Shown here: piece after piece, positions 7,391-15,257 of the stretch
Layout of the letters: the number at the start of each line of letters is the position of its first letter
Numbering within the stretch: position 1 is the stretch's first letter
Program-made: the position numbers and the translations under genes
DNA from: Candidatus Saccharimonadota bacterium
GTDB taxonomy: Bacteria; Patescibacteriota; Microgenomatia; UBA1406; GWC2-37-13
Assembly: GCA_016699265.1 (NCBI GenBank)
Contig: CP064967.1
Coordinates: 510,001-542,000, forward strand
DNA: 32,000 bases
Direction: 5' to 3'
Notes under the pieces: model-generated
The model's input: the letters and a program-made list of their open reading frames with translations, nothing else
Database searches by the model: none
What the model was told of the DNA's origin: nothing

Positions 7391-9706
7391 TTACTCGATC
7401 TCAATGCGAGGTTTACGAGCTGGAGCAAAGTTGGGATCGGCGTTTTCCTGTGGTCGTTCTACGGGTCTGCTGTGATGAGAAGATCCGCCTCTTGAGCTCG
7501 ATCCTCCACCGTAGCCGCCACGAGATCCGCCTCTAGAACCACCTCGATCAAATCGTCTAGGTGGTCTTCCTCCACCCTGTCCACCTTCTGAGGAATCCAT
7601 GGTTGATGTACCGGTTCCGGTTCCTCCCGAGACTAACTCAAGATTCACTCTTCCTTGCTGATCGATCTGATAGACTCTTACTTTCACCATATCTCCGATA
7701 TTAAGTACCTCTGAAGGATCTTTTACGAAACCCTTACCCATCTTTGAAACATGAACCATTCCTTCTTTTCCTGGAAGCATTTCGACGAATGCACCAAATG
7801 GAAGCATTCTCTTTACCTCTCCCTCGAACTGTTCTCCTTCTTGAATATCACGAACCATGTTCTCGATATATGCAGTTGCATCGTCAACCTTTGTTTTATC
7901 TACTCCTGAAACAGAGACAACACCGGCATTATCAACATTAATATCAACACCAAACTTTGCTATAAGATTTCTGATATTCTTTCCACCAGGTCCTATAATC
8001 TCTCCGATCTTCTCCTGAGGTGGTGTAAAGACCTTTACCTTTGGTGCAAACTCTGAGAGCTCACCGCGTGGCTTATCAATCACCGCATTCATCTTGTCTA
8101 AGATAAATAGTCGTGCAGTTAAGGCCTTCTCAAGAATCTCCTCGATCATTTTATCGGTGAGACCGTTATTTTTGACGTCAAGTTGCATAGCAGTGACTCC
8201 ATCTTTAGACCCAGTGACCTTAAAGTCCATGTCTCCACCAAAGTCCTCGATTCCCATGATGTCGGTGAGGACAACATACTCATCATCGGATTTGTAGACC
8301 AATCCCATCGCAATTCCAGATACAGGAGCCTTGATTGGCACACCTGCATCCATAAGAGCTAGGGTTGATCCGCAGGTTGAGGCCATTGAGGTCGATCCAT
8401 TTGAGGCAAGAACCTCGGATACTACACGGATTGCATATGGAAAGAGTTTCTTATCTGGCAATACTGGTTGAATTGCTTTTTCTGCAAGCGCTCCATGACC
8501 AATCTCTCGTCGAGATGGGAATCCCATTCTTCCGGTCTGACCTAAAGAATAAGGAGGCATAAAGTAATGATGCATATAATGTCGGGATGATTCACCCTCT
8601 GGACTCTCTATTAGCTGCTCTAGACTTGGTGATCCCAAGGTCACAATTGAAAGAACCTGCGTATCTCCTCTTTGGAAGACTGCAGATCCATGCGTGCGTG
8701 GTAGAGTTGAGACCTCGACCGAAATCTTTCGAATCTCATCGGGTTTTCGTCCATCAATTCGAACTTTTTTGGTTAAGATTTTTTCTCTCATTAACTCCTT
8801 TAGGAGATAATCAACGACCTTTGCAACAGCCTTTGGATCAAAGTCTGGGTATTTGGCAATGATTTCATTCTGAAGTCCGCCTACCAACTCACCGTTATCA
8901 AACTCTTTCTGAGCTTTTTGGTTATTTACCTCTTCTAGTTGCTTTGCAAACTCTGTTTTTACAGTTTTTTTAATCTCTTCATCAAGGCCAGTAATTGCAA
9001 GACTCAGTTTCTCAATTCCAATCTTCGATCGAATTCCTTCAATAAACTCAATAATTTTTTTATTCTCAACCTTAGCTAGCTTAATTCCCTCCATTACCAC
9101 TGACTCTGGAAGCTGCTCTGCCTGATTTTCGACCATGATGACCTTTTCCTTCGTTGATGATACTAAAAGATCCATTGCCGACAGTGGCTGTTCTCCGATG
9201 GTCGGGTTCATGACATATGAACTTTGTCCGTTGTTTTTGACATATCCTACTCTTATTGTTGAAAGTGGCCCATTCCATGGAAGACATGAGATGTGAATCG
9301 CCGCAGAGGTTGCTATTGCCGCTAAGATTTCTGGTGAGTTTTCACCATCAATAGAAAGCAAAGTATTTACGATCTGAATGTTCTTTCTTAAGTCTTTTGG
9401 AAAGAGTGGTCGAGCACCTCGATCGATCAAGCGACCAATGAGGGCAGCGTCGTCTGATGCCTTTCCTTCTCTTTTTACCCATCGTGATCCCTTAATTCGT
9501 CCACCTGCATATAGCTTCTCTACATACTCAACCTGAAGTGGAAGATAATCAATGTGATCGGCTACCTCTCCAATGTTCAAGGTTGTTAAGATTACGGTCT
9601 CACCAAGAGATGCGTAGATCGAAACATGTGATGCTTGTGCTAATTTTCCAAACTGGAGGGTTAGTTTCTGCCCTGCAATCTCTATTGATTCTTCAAAAAA
9701 TTTCAT
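7391..9706 (-). CDS. pnp: Polyribonucleotide nucleotidyltransferase (PNPase) with a C-terminal Gly/Arg-rich tail
   Basis: 771 aa with two RNase PH domains followed by KH and S1 domains (GEQFEGEVKRMLPFGAFVEMLPGKEGMVHVSK). The conserved rpsO-pnp order is kept. About 79 extra C-terminal residues are rich in RGG/SRGG. Confidence 0.92.
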   Translation of the reverse strand: MKFFEESIEIAGQKLTLQFGKLAQASHVSIYASLGETVILTTLNIGEVADHIDYLPLQVEYVEKLYAGGRIKGSRWVKREGKASDDAALIGRLIDRGARPLFPKDLRKNIQIVNTLLSIDGENSPEILAAIATSAAIHISCLPWNGPLSTIRVGYVKNNGQSSYVMNPTIGEQPLSAMDLLVSSTKEKVIMVENQAEQLPESVVMEGIKLAKVENKKIIEFIEGIRSKIGIEKLSLAITGLDEEIKKTVKTEFAKQLEEVNNQKAQKEFDNGELVGGLQNEIIAKYPDFDPKAVAKVVDYLLKELMREKILTKKVRIDGRKPDEIRKISVEVSTLPRTHGSAVFQRGDTQVLSIVTLGSPSLEQLIESPEGESSRHYMHHYFMPPYSLGQTGRMGFPSRREIGHGALAEKAIQPVLPDKKLFPYAIRVVSEVLASNGSTSMASTCGSTLALMDAGVPIKAPVSGIAMGLVYKSDDEYVVLTDIMGIEDFGGDMDFKVTGSKDGVTAMQLDVKNNGLTDKMIEEILEKALTARLFILDKMNAVIDKPRGELSEFAPKVKVFTPPQEKIGEIIGPGGKNIRNLIAKFGVDINVDNAGVVSVSGVDKTKVDDATAYIENMVRDIQEGEQFEGEVKRMLPFGAFVEMLPGKEGMVHVSKMGKGFVKDPSEVLNIGDMVKVRVYQIDQQGRVNLELVSGGTGTGTSTMDSSEGGQGGGRPPRRFDRGGSRGGSRGGYGGGSSSRGGSSHHSRPVERPQENADPNFAPARKPRIEIE

Positions 9707-9782
9707 AAATTTTATTTATTAGGAGATATGTGAGTGATTGTTATAGTATATCAGAATTTATCTGAGGGAATGAAGATGTTAT

Positions 9783-10205
9783 TTACTTCTTCAGATTCAA
9801 ACTACCGATTAACACTTTATATCTGTCTTCGCTAAGTTTTTGTAGGTAGTTCAGGATTCTTCTTCTTTTTGCAACGACCTTTAACAATCCCCTTCGTGAG
9901 TGATTATCCTTTTTGTTCTGATTAAGATGCTCTGAAAGTCGACCGATTTTATAGGAAAGTAACGCGATCTGAACCTCAGGTGATCCTGTATCACCGTTTT
10001 TCTGCGCAAACTTCTCAATAATCTTTTGTTTTTCTACAGCCTCGTCAGATACGTTTATCGCAACAGTCTTTACCTCTTTTGTTGGTTTCGTTGCTTTTTC
10101 GACTTTTTTGACCGGTTCTTTCTTTGCTTTGACCGCCGAAGCTTTAGCGGAGGCGGTGACTTTTTTCACAGTTGCTTTTTTAGCTACTACTTTCTTTGCT
10201 TTCAT
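9783..10205 (-). CDS. rpsO: 30S ribosomal protein S15 with a Lys/Ala-rich N-terminal extension
   Basis: The C-terminal ~85 aa match S15 (GDTGSPEVQIALLSYKIGRLSEHLNQNKKDNHSRRGLLKVVAKRRRILNYL). The first ~55 aa are KKA/KKV repeats. I saw no ATG, GTG or TTG in the stretch just upstream of the S15 core that I translated. Confidence 0.9.
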   Translation of the reverse strand: MKAKKVVAKKATVKKVTASAKASAVKAKKEPVKKVEKATKPTKEVKTVAINVSDEAVEKQKIIEKFAQKNGDTGSPEVQIALLSYKIGRLSEHLNQNKKDNHSRRGLLKVVAKRRRILNYLQKLSEDRYKVLIGSLNLKK

Positions 10206-10219
10206 ATTAATTAGACTCT

Positions 10220-10248
10220 ATTATACGGGGAAGTTGTTATTATTTCAA
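10220..10248 (-). promoter_or_regulatory. rpsO promoter TTGAAA-17-TATAAT
   Basis: The minus strand reads TTGAAA (10248-10243), taataacaacttccccg (17 nt), TATAAT (10225-10220), then 14 nt to the ATG at 10205. Confidence 0.55.
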
Positions 10249-10249
10249 C

Positions 10250-10525
10250 ATGATAACCCTTACCACCGTAGTTCTTATCCTTACAATTGCCTATATATTT
10301 CTTTTAAACCCGTTAAACTGGTACATAGTAAGTGGTCTGATTACCCTTCTTTCTCTATCCTTGTTCCTTGTATCGCTTTCCATCACCAAAAACAAGAAGT
10401 GGTCGTTTTGCGCAGCTCTCTACATATGTATATTATTAGCGCTTAGTTATTTACTAGGATTTAACCTCCTCAACACAATCCTACTCACGTGTTTTATAAT
10501 TGGGATAGTCGTTCTACTTAAATAA
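10250..10525 (+). CDS. Small hydrophobic membrane protein (91 aa, about 3 TM segments)
   Basis: The ORF is strongly hydrophobic throughout. It ends 4 nt before the metG start. No family recognised. Confidence 0.45.
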   Translation: MITLTTVVLILTIAYIFLLNPLNWYIVSGLITLLSLSLFLVSLSITKNKKWSFCAALYICILLALSYLLGFNLLNTILLTCFIIGIVVLLK

Positions 10526-10529
10526 GAAT

Positions 10530-11951
10530 ATGAAAAAATTCTACGTAACAAACTCAATTCCATATGTGAATGCCTCTCCACACATCGGTCATGCGCTTGA
10601 ATTTCTTCAGTCAGATGTAATCAAACGATTTCACAAAGAGATTCTAAAGGAAGAGACATTACTCCTTTGTGGAAGCGACGAGAATGCTTTAAAAAATGTT
10701 CAGGCGGCAGAAAAAGCAGGGGTCCCAGTTCAGGATTTTGTGGACAAAAATGCGATACTTTTCCAAAATTTAGCTGAAAAACTCAATGTCGAGTTTGACG
10801 TATTCCAAAAAGGAAGTGACACTAATCGCCACTTTACCTCAAGTCAGAAACTATGGAATCTTTGCAACAAAAACGGAGACATCTTTAAAAAAGAATATAG
10901 AGGGCTATACTGCGTTGGTTGTGAAACATTCTATACAAACAACGAACTGAGTGAGAATGGCGAGTGTTTCGAGCACCCTGGAAAAAAACTAGATGAAGTT
11001 TCTGAATCAAATTATTTTTTCAAACTTACGAAGTATCGCGAGCAACTCACAGAACTTATCTCGTCGGACAAACTATTAATTGTTCCGGAGTCTCGAAAGA
11101 ATGAGGTTCTTTCATTTCTTAATCAACCGCTTCATGACCTAAGTATCTCTCGCTCAAATGATAGGGCAAAGAACTGGGGAGTCCCCGTGCCCGATGACGA
11201 TACTCAAAGAATCTATGTCTGGTTTGACGCTCTTAACATCTACCAATCGGGGGTTGGATTTGGATGGGATGAAGAACTATACAGAAAGTGGTGGCCGGCA
11301 AATGCTCATGTTATTGGCAAAGGAATTACACGTTTTCACGCGATCTACTGGCCCGCATTCTTACTTTCAGCTGGCCTTGAGTTACCAAAGAAACTTCTTG
11401 TGCATGGATATGTAACGGTTGAAGGAGAAAAAATGTCAAAGACAATTGGAAATGTGGTGGATCCATTCAGTTTGATTGAAAAGTATGGAACCGACCCGAT
11501 CCGCTATTACCTTCTGCGTGAAATACCAACCTCAGGAGATGGGGACTTCTCAGAAAAAAGATTTATGGAACTGTACAACGCAGATCTTGCAAACGGACTA
11601 GGCAACTTGGTCGCACGACTTAAGAAGCTTGCTGAGGGACTCGATCTTGGGACAAAAGCTCCAGAACATATGTCAACTGAAGTCTCCGATTTCATCGAAT
11701 CATTCGATTTTGCCCGAGCACTACAATCTGTCTGGACTCAGATCGCCAAGATAGACGCCGAGATCAACAAAGCCGAACCGTGGAAAATGACCGACAACGA
11801 ACAAAAGAATGAATTTCTGAAAACCGCAATCAATCATCTTTTGCAGATCGGTGTAGATCTGATACCCTTTTTACCCAAAACCTCACATATAATTTTAATT
11901 ACTTTACAAGGCACCGTATCTAAACCCGAAGCGCTCTTTCCACGACTATGA
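10530..11951 (+). CDS. metG: Methionine--tRNA ligase (short form)
   Basis: Contains the class I HIGH motif (SPHIGHALE), the KMSKS motif (EKMSKTIGN), a CxxC knuckle (YCVGCETF), and MetRS-like WFDAL and YWPAFL motifs. Confidence 0.92.
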   Translation: MKKFYVTNSIPYVNASPHIGHALEFLQSDVIKRFHKEILKEETLLLCGSDENALKNVQAAEKAGVPVQDFVDKNAILFQNLAEKLNVEFDVFQKGSDTNRHFTSSQKLWNLCNKNGDIFKKEYRGLYCVGCETFYTNNELSENGECFEHPGKKLDEVSESNYFFKLTKYREQLTELISSDKLLIVPESRKNEVLSFLNQPLHDLSISRSNDRAKNWGVPVPDDDTQRIYVWFDALNIYQSGVGFGWDEELYRKWWPANAHVIGKGITRFHAIYWPAFLLSAGLELPKKLLVHGYVTVEGEKMSKTIGNVVDPFSLIEKYGTDPIRYYLLREIPTSGDGDFSEKRFMELYNADLANGLGNLVARLKKLAEGLDLGTKAPEHMSTEVSDFIESFDFARALQSVWTQIAKIDAEINKAEPWKMTDNEQKNEFLKTAINHLLQIGVDLIPFLPKTSHIILITLQGTVSKPEALFPRL

Positions 11952-14185
11952 AACACAAACAACCACAGCACAACAAAGTTTTTAAGCCCAAAGACTTCTT
12001 AAAGAAATTTGGTTGGCGTAAGACATCGGCCCTTATTGCCGTAACAGTTCTAGCAATACTAATCTATTTTTTTATTTTTAGGGATCTTCCCAATCCGGCT
12101 AATTTAGCCAACTACAAAGTTGTTCCGCTTGCTACTCATATTCTCGACAGAAACGGTAAGCGACTTTATGAGATTTATAATGACCAAAAACGAACACCTG
12201 TAAAGCTGTCAACTCTTCCTAAATATGTGTATCAGGCCTCGATAGCAATTGAGGACAAAGACTTTTACCGCCATGGTGGTATTTCGATTTTCGGTGGAAT
12301 TATACGAGCTATGAAGGACATCGTCGTAACTCGCTCACTTCAGGGAGGTTCAACAATCACGCAACAGTTAGTGAAGAGTGCCCTACTCACTCCAGAAAGA
12401 ACCATTCAGCGAAAAATCAGAGAAATAGTTCTTGCGACATGGACCGAGAAGCTGTTCACAAAAGATCAGATTTTAGAGTTTTATCTAAATCAGGTTCCAT
12501 ACGGAGGTTCGGCCTATGGTATCGAGGAGGCTGCGAAGACAATTTATGGTAAATCTGCGAGTAAATTAAGTATAGATGAGGCAGCCCTTCTTGCTGGACT
12601 TCCACAAGCACCATCACTTTACTCACCTAACGCAAATCCTGATCTAGCAAAAAATAGACGAGATAGCGTTCTTCTCAAGATGAAGGAGCAGGGATACATT
12701 ACTGACCAGCAGTACCAATCTGGACTAAAGAAACCCGTGCGAGTAAAGACTATCGAAACTTCAATCAAAGCACCTCACTTTGTTTTTTATGTTAAAAGCC
12801 AACTTGAGAAGGAGTATGGAATTAAGACGGTAGAAGAAGGTGGACTTACTGTGCAGACTACACTCGATCTGAATATTCAGGAGGAATCCGAGAAGATCCT
12901 CAAAGACGAGATAGAGCAACTTACGTCCTTAAATGTTGGTAACGGAGCGGTTCTGGTAACGCGTCCTCCAACGGGTGAGATTCTTTCGATGATTGGCTCG
13001 GTCGACTACTTCGCCACTGGATCGGGAGCATTTAATGTTACTACCGCGCTTCGACAACCCGGATCATCGATTAAACCAATTAATTACGCTATCGGTATCG
13101 ATAGAAAGTTGGTAACCGCCGCATCAATGTTTTTGGATGTACGAACCTGTTTTCCTGCACCTGAGAAACCCTACTGTCCTGTCAACTATGACGGCACATT
13201 CCATGGCGCAGTTCCACTACGACTCGCGCTCGGCAACTCATTCAACATCCCTGCTGTTAAGATGTTAGCTCTAAATGGAGTAGATAATTTTATAGCGTCT
13301 GCTTCTGCCTTCACGATCAAGTCCTTCAAAAATCCTGAACGATACGGACTCTCCCTTACCCTTGGAGGTGGTGAGGTGAGAATGACCGAGATGGCGCAAG
13401 CATTTTCTGCCTTTGCTAATCTCGGGAAACCAAGAACCCTAAACAGTGTCCTTAAGGTAACTGATAAATACGGGAAGGTTCTGTACGAGTTTAAGGATCC
13501 AAACTTCAAGGCCGACGTTCGCAAGCCATTACGCGACCCTCAAATGTTGAGTATTCCTGGAAAAAGAGTGATTTCACCAGAAACGTCCTTTATTATCTCT
13601 CATATCCTTTTGGATAACTTTGCTAGAAGTCAAGCCTTCGGTACCAACTCAGAACTAGTTATTCCCAAACAAACAGTGTCAGTCAAAACCGGTACTACCG
13701 ATGATAAGAAGGACAATTGGACCATCGGGTATACTCCAAACTTTCTAACTGTAGTCTGGGTGGGAAACAACGATAACAAACCAATGAATCCGTACCTCAC
13801 ATCTGGAATAACCGGAGCAGCTCCTATCTGGAATGAGGTTATGAGTTATGTTCTGAAAGATCAGCAAAATCTTCCTCCGAGAAAACCGGCGAATGTTGTT
13901 GGACGACAGGTATGCTGGTCAAGCGGTGCCGCTACTTCGCAACCTGATGGAAGTAACGCTTCTTGTCAGACACGATTTGAGTATCTTATTAAAGGAACTG
14001 AGCCAGTCGCGCTTACCACCAAGCGTGAAATGGTCTGGGTTACTAAAGACAGCGATAAGCTGGCACGAGAAGGTGATACAAACACAGAACTCAAAGAAAA
14101 AACGATAATATCAGATGCATACTCTCGATACTGTCAAGACTGCGCTGGCGATCAGCCTCAACCGTCCCCGACCCCAGCACCATAG
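11948..14185 (+). CDS. Class A penicillin-binding protein (bifunctional transglycosylase/transpeptidase, PBP1A type)
   Basis: N-terminal TM anchor. GT51 motifs are present (IAIEDKDFYRHGG, GGSTITQQL, RKIRE). Transpeptidase motifs are SSIKP (SxxK), SFN and KTGTT. The start overlaps the metG stop (ATGA). Confidence 0.9.
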   Translation: MKHKQPQHNKVFKPKDFLKKFGWRKTSALIAVTVLAILIYFFIFRDLPNPANLANYKVVPLATHILDRNGKRLYEIYNDQKRTPVKLSTLPKYVYQASIAIEDKDFYRHGGISIFGGIIRAMKDIVVTRSLQGGSTITQQLVKSALLTPERTIQRKIREIVLATWTEKLFTKDQILEFYLNQVPYGGSAYGIEEAAKTIYGKSASKLSIDEAALLAGLPQAPSLYSPNANPDLAKNRRDSVLLKMKEQGYITDQQYQSGLKKPVRVKTIETSIKAPHFVFYVKSQLEKEYGIKTVEEGGLTVQTTLDLNIQEESEKILKDEIEQLTSLNVGNGAVLVTRPPTGEILSMIGSVDYFATGSGAFNVTTALRQPGSSIKPINYAIGIDRKLVTAASMFLDVRTCFPAPEKPYCPVNYDGTFHGAVPLRLALGNSFNIPAVKMLALNGVDNFIASASAFTIKSFKNPERYGLSLTLGGGEVRMTEMAQAFSAFANLGKPRTLNSVLKVTDKYGKVLYEFKDPNFKADVRKPLRDPQMLSIPGKRVISPETSFIISHILLDNFARSQAFGTNSELVIPKQTVSVKTGTTDDKKDNWTIGYTPNFLTVVWVGNNDNKPMNPYLTSGITGAAPIWNEVMSYVLKDQQNLPPRKPANVVGRQVCWSSGAATSQPDGSNASCQTRFEYLIKGTEPVALTTKREMVWVTKDSDKLAREGDTNTELKEKTIISDAYSRYCQDCAGDQPQPSPTPAP

Positions 14186-14190
14186 ATTCG

Positions 14191-14218
14191 GAATATAGAA
14201 TATTGAATGTAGAAAGGA
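14191..14218. repeat. Heptanucleotide tandem array GAATATA GAATATT GAATGTA GAAAGGA
   Basis: Read directly. It starts 6 nt after the PBP stop codon, in a 56-nt gap between convergent genes. Confidence 0.75.
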
Positions 14219-14241
14219 TTAGGCGAACGAGGAAATATTAA

Positions 14242-15105
14242 CTAAAGATCGAAGAATGTTCGAGCTCTAGTAGCGTCGTCAAAATTCTCTATTAACCAAC
14301 TGAGATGTCCTTGGGTTAATTGAACGTTTGAAGTTCGATAGATCATTAAGGAAATGTTTGGAACCTCTAGAGCCTTTTTGAGTTCATCAATACTACTCAA
14401 GAAATCAAAAATATGGGCTGGCATAATAAAATCTCGACCTGGATTATCGGTTGCTAGTTTAATAAAACTAGCAACAAAATCCTCAACATTACCAGACTCA
14501 ACTTTTCTTCCAATTGATATTAAAGCGTTAGGAAATTTCTCGCTCATTTCTACGAACTGTTGAGGAGTAATCCCGAATCGATTATTGTCAAAAAGATCTG
14601 CATTAAGAATGCAGGACCTTGCTGGATCTTCAATGGACTCAAGAATTTTTCCAATTGCCTCCGATTCTTTGAAGTCGTATTTTAGAGATTTCGGAAGTGA
14701 GGATGAAACGACAATTTCGTATGCCGACGTAGGATCGATATCGGATTTACCACCTCTATTGTGAGAGACGTATAGACCTCTTTTTTCATCAAATCTGCAA
14801 TCTAGCTCAGCAACGTGACGATTTTGGTCTTTAGCGAAAGCATTCACTCTCCTTCTATTATTTGCATTATGTGCCCAGCCTACTTCGGATGGTTTAGTAA
14901 GTCTTAGGTGGCTGAGAAATTCTGCAGTTGCAGGTCTCAGTGCCTCTTGACCAGATATTGGTCCTTTTAAAAATTCTCTTAACTCATTACGATTGGCCTC
15001 GCGATTCACTCCTTCACTTTCGGGAAGAGCAATGCCAAATACGGCTGTACCAAGCAACGCCAATCCAGCATTTTTTAAGAAAGATCTCCTTGAAATCTCT
15101 ACCAC
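14242..15105 (-). CDS. Tat-signal secreted protein, PLC-like phosphodiesterase superfamily (menorin/FAM151/DUF2181-like)
   Basis: GTG start. The N-terminus (VEISRRSFLKNAGLALLGTAVFG) carries a twin-arginine motif close to consensus. The motif series GWAHNANN ... AELD ... SHN ... LKYDFK ... LNADLF ... FPNALISIG resembles my recollection of the menorin/GDPD-like TIM-barrel family. Confidence 0.6.
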   Translation of the reverse strand: MVEISRRSFLKNAGLALLGTAVFGIALPESEGVNREANRNELREFLKGPISGQEALRPATAEFLSHLRLTKPSEVGWAHNANNRRRVNAFAKDQNRHVAELDCRFDEKRGLYVSHNRGGKSDIDPTSAYEIVVSSSLPKSLKYDFKESEAIGKILESIEDPARSCILNADLFDNNRFGITPQQFVEMSEKFPNALISIGRKVESGNVEDFVASFIKLATDNPGRDFIMPAHIFDFLSSIDELKKALEVPNISLMIYRTSNVQLTQGHLSWLIENFDDATRARTFFDL

Positions 15106-15131
15106 ATGCAGCGATTATAGCAGTATTTTTG

Positions 15132-15203
15132 TGGCTCGGGGCAGAGTTGAACTGCCGACCTAACGCTTATGAAACGTGTGCTCTACCGCTGAGCTACCGA
15201 GCC
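15132..15203 (-). tRNA. tRNA with anticodon CAU (elongator Met or lysidine-modified Ile2), CCA not encoded
   Basis: The minus strand reads GGCTCGG TA GCTC AGCGGTA GAGC A CACGT TTCATAA GCGTT AGGTC GGCAG TTCAACT CTGCC CCGAGCC A. This gives a 7-bp acceptor stem, 4-bp D stem, 5-bp T stem, and U33-CAU-A37. G1-C72 argues against an initiator. There is one C27-U43 mismatch. The sequence after A73 is CAA, not CCA. Confidence 0.9.
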
Positions 15204-15257
15204 TGCTACTACACCATTATACTAAATACTTCATTCTCCATACTCTATACTTAGACT

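Noticed and set aside
10026-10446. Plus-strand ORFs 10026-10214 and 10108-10446 overlapping rpsO and the small membrane ORF.
   Set aside because: They are antisense to the Lys-rich S15 extension (poly-Phe/Leu shadow frames) or out of frame with the more hydrophobic and better-placed 10250-10525 ORF.
11949-11951. Alternative genetic code with UGA reassigned, as in Gracilibacteria/Absconditabacteria.
   Set aside because: TGA terminates conserved proteins at their expected ends (metG at 11949, GT4 at 22510, oxidoreductase alpha at 27687, SufU at 29919). No conserved gene shows an in-frame TGA.
15106-15257. The tRNA gene as the boundary of an integrated genomic island.
   Set aside because: There is no integrase, recombinase or phage/plasmid gene on either side. 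I saw no direct repeat of the tRNA 3' half elsewhere in the window. Flanking genes are chromosomal envelope functions.
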